Positions 12,564 through 27,398 of a DNA stretch of 64,000 bases are shown here, in pieces. Source of the stretch: Moniliella sp. 'wahieum'. Its lineage: Eukaryota. The notes beneath the pieces were generated by a model that searched no databases, was not told where the DNA came from, and saw nothing but the letters and a program-made list of their open reading frames with translations. Location: contig RSEE01000037.1 in the NCBI GenBank assembly GCA_003971905.1, positions 62,001 through 126,000 on the forward strand, given 5' to 3'. Position numbers and translations under genes: made by a program. Positions within the stretch are counted from its first letter, which is position 1; every line of letters begins with the position of its first letter.

Positions 12564-13010
12564 GGCGGTGGTGGGTGCGGGAGCGGTCGAGGCCAAGCAA
12601 GCGAATGGGGGGCGGGCTCCTTTTCCGGGCGCGGTCAGAGGTGCTCAGGCGGGAGGCCGCACGCACTGACACTGGCGCCCCGCCGCGCGCACCCGCAGTA
12701 GGGTTCGATTAGTAAACGACGCCCAGCGCGCTTTTGAAACGGGCAGCGGGGCGGAAGCAGGGGCGGAACTGCGCAGGCCGGCCGCAGCCAGGCGGGGGCG
12801 CGGCGGCTGTGCGCTGCTCCACCCAGCGCCGGAAGTCCGACGGCTGAGGTAAGCGCGCGCAGGCCGGCGGCGCGGGGGCAGTGCTCGCCCCCGGCGCGCC
12901 GCCCGCACACTGCCGCTGTGGCCTGTGTGTGGCCGGGCTGCGGGCAGCGCCGCTACATAAGCGGCCGTTGTGCCCCCCCTGGCTGCCCCCCCCCCCCCAC
13001 CACCACCCCC

Positions 13011-16013
<3,003 letters not shown>

Positions 16014-17102
16014 TGCGATATCTCCCTGCGCGGGAGGGAGGGAGGGAGGGAGCGATTGGGTCGTGGTGGCTTGATTTGTGATTGATCTTCTTCACTCCTT
16101 CTTTCCTTCTTCCTTCCTTCCTTCCTTCCTTTCTGTCTCCCTCCCACCCTTTCTTTCTCTTCTCCTCTCCATCTTCCACATCTTCTTGCCTCTGTACCCC
16201 CCCCCCCCTCTCTACTCTCTCTCCCGGCAACTCTGCAGCCTGCCCCTCCCTGTTCTCCTCCGTTCTCCTCCCGTTCTCCACTGGTCCCCCATGCAGCTTC
16301 TTGTTCGATATCGGTCCTGGATCCGTGCCACGCACCGCCGCCCACGCATTGGATGGGCGCAGGCGCTTTGACGGGGTGTAGATACACAGTGGGACATTCG
16401 AGGGAAAGAGCGGAGGGTGCGTGGCGGAGATGTGCAGGGGGTGGTGGTCTGCAACCGAATCACGCGGCCCATCAGCCCTTTTGCGTGGTGACGGTGACGT
16501 GGTAGCCGCTGCAGCACACGTGTGATGTGTGATGTGCCACACGTGGAGATCACGTGATGAGCATGCAGCCTGCCCAGGATCGGCAGTCGCTCCCGCCACA
16601 TGCCCCCGCTGCCCGCCGCGCCGCACTCAACATGCCAGTCGGACGGGCCAACCCTCCACGCACGGGGGCACCCTCCCCGTGCACGCTCGCTCGCCCCCGC
16701 ACGGGCCTGTGGGGCGCACACGAGCCGATGCACGGCGGCGAGCGAGGGTGCATGGATCACACATCGCCCATGCATCGCTCACCGTCGCTTGGTTCAATTT
16801 CAGCCCAGCTTTTCAGCCGCTCTTCTTGGCGGGCCGTCGCTCCACCTCGTTGTCTGTCGCCCCATGGCGGCTTGCCTCCCTCCCATCCCACCACCCTTTC
16901 TTCTTCTTCCCCTTCTTCTTCTCCACCTTCTTCTTCTCCACCTTCTCCACCTTCCATTCTCCACCTTCTCCCTCGCATCTCCTCCCTCCCTTCCCCTCCC
17001 CCCCCCCTCTCCTCGCATCACTCACTTCCCTCCGTGTTCACGTCGCCAGTCCTGGCCTGCACTCCTTCTTTCTCTCCCACCCCACCCTCTTTCTCTCCCC
17101 CC

Positions 17103-18797
17103 ATGCTCACCAACCTCTGGGCCCTGGCCCTGGCCGCCCTGGCCACCGCCGCCCATGCCACCGCCTCCACCTCCACCTCCGCCTCCACCCAATCCAGCGA
17201 CAAGATCACCTACCACATCAGTCTTGCGCCCGCCGACTCGGACGCATTGGAGGCACGCATGCTCGCCGTGTCCGAGTCTGGCGCACCCTGGCTCAGCCGC
17301 GACGAACTGAAGAGCTATGTCGCCGGCCCCTCGGCCCACGTCGATGCGATCAAAGCCTTCCTCGTCTCCAAGGGCGTCCACCCCAACAACATCCAACTCA
17401 ACGACATGGGCGACCGCCTCTCTGTCCTCAGCTCCCTCGACCAAGCCCAGTCCGTCTGGTCCACGCCCATCCACCGCCGCAGCCCGCACTCGGCTGCTAT
17501 GCAGCCGCACCAGCTCCACATCCCTTCCCAGCTGCAGCACATGATCACCGATGTGTATCCCTTCACGGCCCACTCGGCCTCCCGTGCGCTCACGTCAGCC
17601 TCCCGCCCCGACCCGGCCTCGGCCAACGTCATCACTGCCGCCCAAACCAAGGCTATCACCGAGGACCCCAACACATGCCGCGACGATCTGGTCACGCCCG
17701 AATGTCTTCGCCACTTTTACGGTGCCGGGCATTGGAAACCCAAGCCGATTGACGGCACGCTCGACTTGATGATTCTCCTCCTTGGCGGTGCCGGGGCAGA
17801 CGAGGCGGATGTGCACCACTACCTGCACCAGTACCGTCCGAAGATTCATGACATTGACAATTTCCACTTCAAAGTCAACGCGTCCAAGGCGGGCGCCGAA
17901 GCACCTGGCGTCCCCGGCCACGGCAGCGAAGGTTACGTCGACGCCGAGGTGATTGCTGGGATTGCTGCGCCGCTCCATATGGGTATGATCAAGTACGGTG
18001 GCCCCGAGACACTGGACATGAGCACCGAGTTTACCTTGGCGCTGCGCTACGTGTTGGACAATTACCATGGCAACCAGTTGCCCGGTGTGATCAGCGTCTC
18101 GTTCGGTACGGACGAAACGGATGTATCCAAGGCGCATGCCCAGGAACTGTGCTCGGTCGTGCAAAAGTTGACGGCACTAGGAACGACCGTGGTATTTGCC
18201 TCGGGCGATGCGGTCGACGGATCCCACGGCACCCAACACGGATGCAAGACCAAATGGACTGCGCCCTACCCGGGCGGGTGCCCGTACGTGCTGAGTGTGG
18301 GCGGAACCCAAAACTTTGACCCGGTACGTGCGGTGGACGGGAGCAAATCGTACCAGAGCGGAGCGGGGTTTAGCACCCACTTTGCTCGTCCCAAGTACCA
18401 ACGTCGTGCTGTGCGTGCGTACCTAGACCAAACCCGCGCCGACATTCACAGCCGCGCCAACACGTCCTTTGGCCGCGCGTTCCCTGACATCGCTGCGGCC
18501 GGCCTCAACGTACCCGTCTACGTCGTCGGGTACAACCGTACCATCGCAGGCACGTCGGTCGCTGCCCCTGTTGCGGCTAGTATCCTTGCTTTGGCCAATA
18601 ACAAGCGCCAGCACTTGAACAAGTCCCGTCTTGGGTTCCTCCATTCTAGGTTGTACCACCACCCTGACTTGGTCACCGATATCACGCACGGATCTACAGG
18701 CGGCACAGGTTGCGGCGTCCTCCCCGCCACCCAGGGGTGGGACTTGGCTTCCGGATTGGGCTACCTCAACTTTGACCCGTTGGTCAACTTGCCCTGA
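17103..18797 (+). CDS. Secreted sedolisin / tripeptidyl-peptidase (peptidase S53) with pro-domain; intronless, frame intact
   Basis: Signal peptide MLTNLWALALAALATAAHA; VTPECLRHFY; SEGYVD (Glu/Asp); ISVSFG; FASGD oxyanion Asp; CPYVLSVGGT; GRAFPDIAA; GTSVAAP catalytic Ser; GWDLASGLG. Confidence 0.93.
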   Translation: MLTNLWALALAALATAAHATASTSTSASTQSSDKITYHISLAPADSDALEARMLAVSESGAPWLSRDELKSYVAGPSAHVDAIKAFLVSKGVHPNNIQLNDMGDRLSVLSSLDQAQSVWSTPIHRRSPHSAAMQPHQLHIPSQLQHMITDVYPFTAHSASRALTSASRPDPASANVITAAQTKAITEDPNTCRDDLVTPECLRHFYGAGHWKPKPIDGTLDLMILLLGGAGADEADVHHYLHQYRPKIHDIDNFHFKVNASKAGAEAPGVPGHGSEGYVDAEVIAGIAAPLHMGMIKYGGPETLDMSTEFTLALRYVLDNYHGNQLPGVISVSFGTDETDVSKAHAQELCSVVQKLTALGTTVVFASGDAVDGSHGTQHGCKTKWTAPYPGGCPYVLSVGGTQNFDPVRAVDGSKSYQSGAGFSTHFARPKYQRRAVRAYLDQTRADIHSRANTSFGRAFPDIAAAGLNVPVYVVGYNRTIAGTSVAAPVAASILALANNKRQHLNKSRLGFLHSRLYHHPDLVTDITHGSTGGTGCGVLPATQGWDLASGLGYLNFDPLVNLP

Positions 18798-19750
18798 AAG
18801 CCTTGAAAGCCTTGAACGTTGAACGTTGAACGTGCTACCCCCCCCCCCCTCCCCTCCCCCTCGCTCGCTCGCTCTGTCGTGACGCGTGACTCGTGGTTTT
18901 GCTGATCTGTCTCGTTGGACTCTGTTTGTTTGCAACTGTGCTTTTGGACCCCCTCCCTCCCTCACTAGTCACTGGTCACCGCGCCCCAACCCCCCGGGGT
19001 AAGGCGCTCGGTCGTACCACCGTAGACCCCACAGCTTTTTTATGCATGAGCCTTGCTTGGCTCGTGTTATCGTATGGTATTGTGCTGTTGTGCTGTTGTG
19101 GTGCTAGCGTACCATCCGAGGGGTTGGTGGTGTGGGTTTCTTGGGTTTCTTGGGTTGGCTGGGTTGGCTGGGTTGGCTTCTTGCCTGCACGGCGGTAGTA
19201 GCAGTTGTACTCTGCTACGCAGTCCTGTCGTCTCGTCCGTTCGGTCCGTTCTGTCGGCTTCGTTTTTGTTCTCGTTTTCGTTTTCGTTCTTCTGTCCCTC
19301 CTCCGATGGTGCGTTATGCGTTGTGCATGGTGCGTTGTGCTTGGTGCGTTGTGCTTGGTGCCTTTTGCGCTTGCGAATCAGTTACAAAAGCAAGCCTGAG
19401 GCATCAGCCTGATGGGTACGACTCCTAAGGCCTAATCTCGGTACAGTACACTCATCATTATGATCCCTGTTCCATCTCGATCTCGGCACGCGTCTGTTCC
19501 CTTCCCCTGTAGCATCATACATCATGTCCCAATTCACATTCAGCCTCTTCCCTTATGCTGCATCCTGGCAGATAGCCATCCAAAGCGGCTACACGACACG
19601 GCCAGAATCGCACGCAAGAGCCCATGGATATGTTGACGCCTCGTTTTTTCGGCGCGGGTGATCAAGATGGACTCAGGCTGCTTGCATAAGAGGAAGGGGA
19701 ACTAAGCCTGCTTGCACAGGAGGGACGTGCACAGAAGTAACTAATAAGGA

Positions 19751-20005
19751 TCTACCACTATATAAATTTGGGGCGTTTTTTCCTGACCCCAGCACAAGAT
19801 TATGTGGTAAGCGTGCCACCCGCCACGTTCCAGTCGGCCCGCCGCTGCACATGGGTGATAACATTCCGCCCAAGGCGTAGTGGGGAATACCATTCCGCTC
19901 TCCAGCGTGGAACAGTGGCTAAGGTGGCGAGCAAGGAACAAGCACCACGCACCAAGCTGGGGCGAAGCCCCAGCTGACCGGGCCGTAGGCCCGGTGGTCT
20001 TCTAG
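19751..20005 (+). mobile_element. Non-autonomous Helitron-like element, copy A (255 bp)
   Basis: A|TCTACCACTA 5' end and CTAG|T 3' end. Subterminal hairpin accgggcc-gta-ggcccggt (19977-19995) plus agctggggc-gaa-gccccagct (19955-19975). No TSD. Second copy nearby. Confidence 0.75.
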
Positions 20006-20278
20006 TGGAACAAACGAGTGGGGCAAGTCGAGGTCAGAGGGTCGCAACGACTTGGTAGTATTTAGTACACCGATTCGCCATCTTCTCGTTCCTCCCCTAG
20101 GCCCTAAGTCTACTGCACCGTCACAGCCAGAGCAGGACGGACATTTTGGGTTTCGGTACACTTGGGCAGAAGCTACTCCTAGTAACAACAACACACAAAC
20201 ACACAGCGTTTGTTGATCTGAGGGAGGGATGAGAATCTACTAGCGCAGGTACTTGGCTCATTGCGCTCATTTTCATCA

Positions 20279-20518
20279 CCAGAAGACCACCGGGCCTACG
20301 GCCCGGTCAGCTGGGGCTTCGCCCCAGCTTGGTGCTTGGTGCTGCGTCGCCACCTTAGCCACCGTTCCACCGGTCCATCGTTCCACGCTGGAGGGGCGAA
20401 TTTTATCACCCATGTGCATCGGCCTGGCTGCGCCGGCCTGGAACGTGCCAAGTGGCATGATGTGTCAGAAACTGCAGCTGAGGTCAGGAAAAACGCCGCA
20501 ATTTTATGTAGTGGTAGA
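20279..20518 (-). mobile_element. Non-autonomous Helitron-like element, copy B (240 bp), inverted relative to copy A
   Basis: Minus strand reads A|TCTACCACTA ... the same two hairpins ... CTGG|T (CTRR). Homology to copy A essentially ends at these termini. Confidence 0.75.
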
Positions 20519-21928
20519 TTCTTTTGCTCCCGCGGTCAGTACCGTGCATTTCGAGCTCGGTCACGTGCCAGTCCGCCTACTCTCCAGTGCTACTATGTAA
20601 GTAGTAGTCAGTACTTCGGTGAGGTGGGAAAGTTTGCAGGTTGGCCAGGTGCTCCTGAGCGCCTGAGCGGTGCAGACGCACCAGTGCGGCCGCCCAGGTA
20701 ACACTACCGTTCACGAAGATTTGTGCGATGGGTCAAGCTTGAAGCTTGAAGCTTGAAGCTTGACGCGTGACGCGTGACGAGAGGAAGGTGTCTTTTTAGT
20801 TGGCAGGACAAAAAGGAAAACGCACATCCCTAACGTCGATCATGAATATTGAATCCTTCTCTTTCCTGCACACTCTACATTCGATCCAGGCTGCCGGTTG
20901 AACTTCAACATTTAGACGATGAGACGTTGATGACGTTGATGTTGGAACCCAACACGTGAAACTCCCTCAACGAGTCAACGGTTACCGGTTACCGGGTTAT
21001 CGGTTACAATTGAAGTCACAACCATCAACGTCCTCGACACCAAGAAGAATGATTGATGGTTGATGCAATGGGAACCGGCAACCGGTAAATGGGGACCAAG
21101 GCGGGCCGATCCACATGTGATTGCATGTAGGGCATCACATGGCACACACTGCGTCCCGATTGCTGGTCTACTAGTCTGAGTTGGGGCGGGGAGTGGGCGG
21201 ACGCGGGCCAGGATGTGTGGGCGAACGGAGGTGGAAGAGGCCGGCGGGAGTGTAGGCTAGGCGCGAGAGGGCGGCTGTGCGCGCCACATGCCGCAGCCAG
21301 ACATCCACCCGCCGCTTTTTGTCTCGCGGTGCGGGCGGATGATGGATGATCGATGTGGGAGGGTGGATGTTAAACGTGGCAAACGGTGGACGTGAACTTG
21401 GACGTGGACTGGGAAGATGCATGTTGGATGCTGGATGGGCGCCACGCCGAAAGCTTGAAACAAAAACAAGCCGTCCGCACGGGGGCAGTGGTGGGCGATG
21501 TATCACGTGATGGGTGGTGCGTGGAGCGCGTGACGCGTGCCCCGTCGCCCACCTCCCGTCGCCCACCCACCGCCGCCTCCTCCACCGCCTCCGCAACCGC
21601 CTCCGCCACCGCCACCCCCCCCCACCACCTCCTCCCCCACTCGGCCGCATGGGGCTCCGCCATCGCCGCCACCGATCGGGCGCAGGCATCGCCGCCAGCC
21701 CCGCCGCCACGCCCTCGGTGTCCCCCGCGCGCCCTCCTCCTCCCACGCCCACACCGCCTCCGCCCCGCCTCTCGCCCTCTCGCCCGACAGCGCGCCCCAG
21801 CGCTCGCCCCAGCGCCCCCCACCACCGCGCTCTCCGCCCGCTCTCCGCAGCGCTCGCCCCAGCGCTCGCCCAGCCGCGGCCACCGCCGCGCCGCCTCGGC
21901 CGCCGCTGCCCCCGTCGTGGCTCAGCCC

Positions 21929-24900
21929 ATGTACCAGGTCGGCCAGCTGGCGCACCCCGCTCCTCCTGGCCAGGGCGGCGCATCGCAGGCCGAGGCCAGG
22001 GCGTACCAGCAATTTGCCAACCGTGCCTCGCCCACGCCCCGAGCGCACCTCATGACTGCCCCTCCGGATTCTGTTTCTGCACCGCAACCCCTCCGCCTCC
22101 GCCTTCGTCTGTGTCCCTCGGCGCTTCGGCCCATTCTCATCCGCCGCCCCATGCCGTGCAAGAGAACGACGTTTTCTTGCCTGTTGCAACCCTCCTTCCC
22201 CCGCCCGGCGACAAGGAGGAGGAAGAGAGGTTTTCCCAGGCCGAGCACCGCGAAGCCCTTCACGCCCTCAACTCCCTTTCCGCCCAGTTCCCCCCGGACC
22301 TCACAGAGACAAGCCCAACCCCCCACTCCCCAGATGAGCACAGCCAACCCGTCCTTTGTCACCTCATACTCGCCCTCTTGGCCTATCAACTCTGCTACAG
22401 CCTCCCTCCCTTCCAGTCCAACCAAGGATTCCTACGCCTTGGACCGCGCCGGTACCCTACTCAGTGCCACGCCTCACCCGCTCCTTCGATCCCAAGAACT
22501 GTCGCGCGTCTTGGGGCCAAACCACGGATGTCTACCTCGGGACGAGCCGGTATGGCCAGCGTTCCGATTCGCGGTGGAGGAGCATATGTGCCGGACGTAC
22601 AGGGTCAACTCGAGCACGACCGCAGCAGCATGCGTGTCAAGCTGGATCTACGGCTCGAGTCGGACCTGGTCGTCGAGGGCGGGAGACTGGTCGGGTCCAT
22701 GGTACTCAAGATCCCCAAGGAGAGTGATAAGCGCGGCTTGATCCGTCTGAGCCAACCCAAAGTGCGCGTGCTGGGGTTTGAAGAGTTGGTAGGCCAGGAT
22801 ACGCGCCACCTGTTTTACCACCAGGCCACCATTGTCACTGGCGACGAAGATAACTTTATTCTTCATGGTTCCCCGTCCATGTCGCCAGGCCCCAAGGCCC
22901 GCTCGACGCGCCCGAACTTGTACGCGAGTAAATGGACGAAGAAGGCTACTTTGCCGCACGCGAAGGAGAACATGTGATCCCCTTTACGCTCGAGGTACCA
23001 GTGGGCAAGGGTGCCAAGGGAGTCTACTATGGCAAACACGCTGCCGTGCGGTACATTGCCATTGCCTCTGTCAAGGTCCGTAGTGGAGACCAGGACCCAG
23101 GCTCGATCGCCCACTTTTACCGCCAAGTCGAACTTTACCCTTACCTCAACCCTGCGGCTGTCTTGGCCAGTGCTCCCTACCCATTCATGCCTCGGCCTCC
23201 AAGAGTCTCTTTATGGGCGGACCGGGAAAGGTCTACCTCTCTGTCTACCTCCACCGGCCCTCTTGGGTCGCAGGCCAGAGAGTCTACATCCGCGTCAAAG
23301 TTAATAACGAAACGGACAAAAAGGTATGTTGGCCCTTCCTCCCCTCTGTTATCTCATTCCCTCTGCCATCCCATCCCCCCCCCCCCCGTCCCACATGGCT
23401 GACATTAACTCGGATTGCCAGATCAAGGGTGTCACGCTTTCGCTCGTGCGTACTGTCACGCTTTTTCGTCCTCAAGAAGACTTAGACATCGGTCCCGAAG
23501 GCAAATATGGTTACCTTGACCCCGACGCTTGCTCTACCACCACCAGTCGCAAGAAGTTGATCGAGGAGACCATGGAGGCTGGACAGAGAGGCGCCAATGG
23601 CGATCTGACCGCTCGTGGGTGGTGGCCTGGGGCCGAGGCAGGGGAAACGATTGAGTTTACGCACTGGATGCTGCTGCCCCCTCAAGCTCTTACCATGGCC
23701 CGCAGTCGCTACCTCGAGGTCCTGTACAGCATCAAGGTTTCGGTCCAGAGCGCTATGGCGTCCCACGTCTCGGTCGAGTTGCCCGTCACGGTGGTCAACT
23801 TTCTTTCGCTTGACCCTCCCCCTTCGACCTACGGCACCCAGCTCCTTGCTTCCCCGACCATGGATGCCGACCGCATTGCTCGAGTCCGTTCGGCCGAGGC
23901 CATGGGCAGCCCCAAGAAACCTGCCAATCGCTCGCCCTGGTTCCAAGAACGGCCAGTCTCGCCTCTACGACCGTTTGTCTTTCCCCCGCCAGCTTCCCTT
24001 CCCGCCAAGGCGAGGCCCACGGTCTCGGGTTGGCCGGCACCGAGGTGCCCCATCCCTCTGTTTCGGCACCAAGCCCGGCCGACGCTCCTGTGCCTCTGCC
24101 GTCTCAAGCCGCGGGGGAGAATGGCGCGCCGCGACGGGGTCGTCATGTGGCTCACCAAAAGTCGCTGGACTTTATCCACTCGGCCATCCGCAGTGCAACG
24201 GCGCGGCGTAACGGCTCGGTCCAGCCGGAACCCGAGGCGGGCGGGCAAGCCAAGATGGACCTCCTGGGGCTGGGCATCTCGATTGACGATGACCAACTGT
24301 CTTCGGCGTCAGAGGTAGAGTCACGTTCTACCTCCCCCGTTCGACCGCCTTTCAACGCCCACGCGCTGCCCCAGGCCATCCTCGCACAACGTCAAGCCCG
24401 TCTAGCTGCCCAACCTGCCGTTCTGCCCGTCCAGCCAGCTATACCTCTTGCTCTTACTTTGCCTCGCGCGGGCGTCCCCGGACCCGCTGCCCTGCACCTC
24501 GGTCAACGACCTTACGTCGACCCGAACGACGTACTGGACATGCTAGCCGATGCACATGGTGATCCTGATGGCGACCCTAACCGGCAGATTGCCCAGGACG
24601 CCGGGACAAGTCGGTGCGGCTGAACGATGAGTCGATTGATGAGGTGGCATTTGTCTTGGGCCGGGCACGGGACGAGGCGAGACAGGCAGAGTGGGATACG
24701 TCCCACTCTACCGACTCGACCATGAGCCAGACAGGTTGGGACAAGGCCCCGTTGCCTCCTCTGGTCGAGGCGGACGATAGTCGCGATTTGAGCATCACAT
24801 CCCTTGGCTCGGTCCACTCGACCGACTCGACCTCGACTGCGCTCCCCATCGCTCTACGGCGGCCATAGCGTCGCCCTTGCACGCGCAGGCGCACGCTCAC

Positions 24901-25502
24901 GCCCGCGCGCCGGACCCAACCACCACCCCGCGCTTGGTCCTCTCACCCTAGCCCACTCCATCGCCGCCTTCGTCACCAACGAACCCGAGCCGCGTGCCTG
25001 TCCCGCCCTGGTCGGACCTACGTCCCCGCCGACGCTCTCCTTGCCGCCTTATTCGGCGCCTCTGACGGGCCGAGCGACCGACCCGCCTGCAGTCTCGCTC
25101 TCGCCCTCGCCCTCTCCCTCTCCTGCGCCCTTGGGTCGAATGGTGCCCTCGGTACGCAGCAAGGTGGCTGCACTGGAAACGAGGGAAGCTGCTTCGCGTC
25201 GGACCTCGATGGACGTACGTACGCCCACGCGTCCCACTTCGCTTATCTGTGCTCCGGCCACACCACAGGGATCCACTCCGCGCCTCGCACGTCGCTCCTC
25301 CGCCCGCACCGCTTCCTTGGCTAGCATGTTCGAACGTGATCGCGTGCTGGAACCTTCGACGGGCCATAATGTCAATGTGCCCCGCGCGACCGATGTCATC
25401 GCCGACCTGGGACGAACTAAGAGTAGTGCAAGTGCCGTGTCGAGTGCGTCGGAGTACTCGGTTGCCTCGGCGCTTGAGCCCGTGCCTTCCCCCGACCTGT
25501 GA
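21929..25502 (+). CDS. Alpha-arrestin-like protein with long disordered termini; intron 23324-23421
   Basis: Beta-sandwich motifs VKLDLRLESDLVVEGG.LVG, HVIPFTLEVP, VRYIAIASVKV, LHRPSWVAGQRVYIRVKVNNETDKK|IKGVTLSL, EVLYSIKVSV, VSVELPVTVVN. LPPY motif near 25041. Several frameshifts; start uncertain. Confidence 0.8.
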
Positions 25503-25511
25503 GGCTTCTTG

Positions 25512-25592
25512 CTTGTCTTGCCTGTCTTGCCTGTCTTGCCTGTCTTGCCTGTCTTGCCTGTCTTGCCTGTCTTGCCTGTCTTGCCTGTCTTG
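25512..25592. repeat. 9-bp tandem repeat (CCTGTCTTG), about 9 units, just after the arrestin stop codon
   Basis: Directly visible. Confidence 0.95.
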
Positions 25593-26563
25593 GGAGGTTG
25601 GTTGGGATGGGTGCCTGGGCCGTTGGTGTGTCCCCAACTGCCGTGCCGTGTCTAGTTGGCTTTGGCTTTTGTTTTCTCTCTCTCTTTCTTTCTGTTCTCT
25701 CTTTCTTCTGCTCTCTCTTCCCCTTCCCCTTCGCCCCCCTACCCTACCCTTCCCGTCTGTTGCTTGGATCCTTGGTCTTGCACGTGACGCATTTTCTGCC
25801 CTTCTCCTGCCTGGGCCGGAGCCTTGTTCAGTATTAATTTCGACCCCTCCTTCATACATGCTTAGATCTCCCGTTCTCCCGTTCTTCCATCCTTTCAGTT
25901 GCTATCCTCGCAGCGACCCCATAGCGTGTTAAGGGAAGCGAGAGATGGTGGTGTAGTTCATTCAGAGCAGTCCTAAGCAGACCAGTGGTAGATACAGGAC
26001 GGGAGAGATGGAGAGAATAAGGGAGTGGACACGGTAGCTGATCATGTAGCCATGTGGTCTGATTTACGTGCCCACGCTGACATAGCGCTGACCGTTCGCA
26101 CCACGCCTTGCAGGTGCACCGGGTGCTCGGTGTGCTGTAGGATCCATTTGGATTGGCTGTTTCCATGCGTTCGTCAAAGTGCTCCGGGTGGATGCAAGTC
26201 TCCACCCAGAGACGCAAGTAATGAGCCGTTGCCATCACAAGCGAGGTAGCACTGTGCATTGACACTGGCTGCGATTCCGCTTGGCCCTGGCTGTCGGCCG
26301 ACGCAACTGGCATAGGCTACGATGTACAGTATGCATAGCGGGCGGTCCTTGCGCTCACGCGAAACGCGCGGGGCGAGGGCAGGCAAGGACATCGCGTAGC
26401 GCGGAACAGATGCAGAGGATAAGAAATAGGCTGGCGAGAAGGGCATGAACAAGGGGGATCCGGTCGATCTGGGATCTGGGATCGGTGGTCTGTGGTCTGT
26501 GGTCTGTGGTCTGGGGGGCTCGGGGCTCGGTGTCTCGGTGTCGACCCAGGCAACGCGAGTGGG

Positions 26564-27190
26564 TTATGCGTCGGGGCAAAGTTGGCTTTCCACGTCGGGG
26601 GCGGTGCAGCGGGGGCGTCGGTGGGGCCAGGACGAGCGTCCTGCTGGCTGGCGGTTCCAGACGCATAGAACTCGCGCTTCCATATGGGCACGGAGCGCTT
26701 GAGTTCTTCCAACATCGCCTCGGCCATGGCGAAGGCAGCACGACGATGGCCCGTCGCGACGGCAATCACCACGCTGGCCTCGCCCACGGGCACGACGCCC
26801 AGACGATGGGCAATGTAGATGCTCTGCACCGTGTCGTCCTCGGCGCGAACAGCGGGTCGGAGCCATGGCCAGCAAGGGCGGGTGTGCCCACGGGACGTGG
26901 CAGCTGGCCTGCACGCGCTTTCTGCGCCAGGGAGCACAGCGCCTTGAGCGCCATGGACGTGTACGCCTCGTACTCGAGCTGGCTCACGCGGTGGCCGCCA
27001 AACGAGTCGCGGGTCGAGCCGACAAACACGCACGTGGCGCCGGCGGTGGCGCGGCGCACATGCCGCGCCGCCGCAGCCTCGTCCAGCGGGTCGTACGTGA
27101 GCTGGAACACGTCGGCGCCGTCGTGGGCCTCGAGGCGGCCGGGCGCGGAGGCGGCGGGGGGCTGCTGCTGCCCATCGCGCTCGTGGTCAT
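26564..27190 (-). CDS. MOCS2B: Molybdopterin synthase catalytic (large) subunit, MoaE family
   Basis: GATCVFVGSTRDSF, LEYEAY, HRLGVVPVGEASVVIAVATGHRRAAF, LKRSVPIWKREFY, C-terminal WKAN. Frameshifted; the stop could lie as far as 26317. Confidence 0.92.
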
Positions 27191-27398
27191 GCCGGGGAGC
27201 GCGATGGCGGGCAGCGCGACGGCGGAGGTGAAAGAATCAAGCACGCGGCTAGGGTTGCCCATTAGTATTTAATCCTACTCCGGTGGCGGACTTGGCCTTC
27301 CGGCTTTTTCTCCGGCGGGCACAAGTCGGGCGAAGTCCACCCTCACTACCTCCCCCACCATCCCCACCACCACCACCACCACCACCACCACTCTCGCC

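Noticed and set aside
16554..17102. N-terminal extension of the sedolisin ORF
   Set aside because: This is a pyrimidine-rich leader translating to low-complexity sequence; the signal peptide starts at ATG 17103.
19751..20518. Single MITE/Mutator-like element with ~250-bp terminal inverted repeats
   Set aside because: No TSD is visible, the arms are diverged, and each arm independently has Helitron TC...hairpin-CTRR ends at AT sites.
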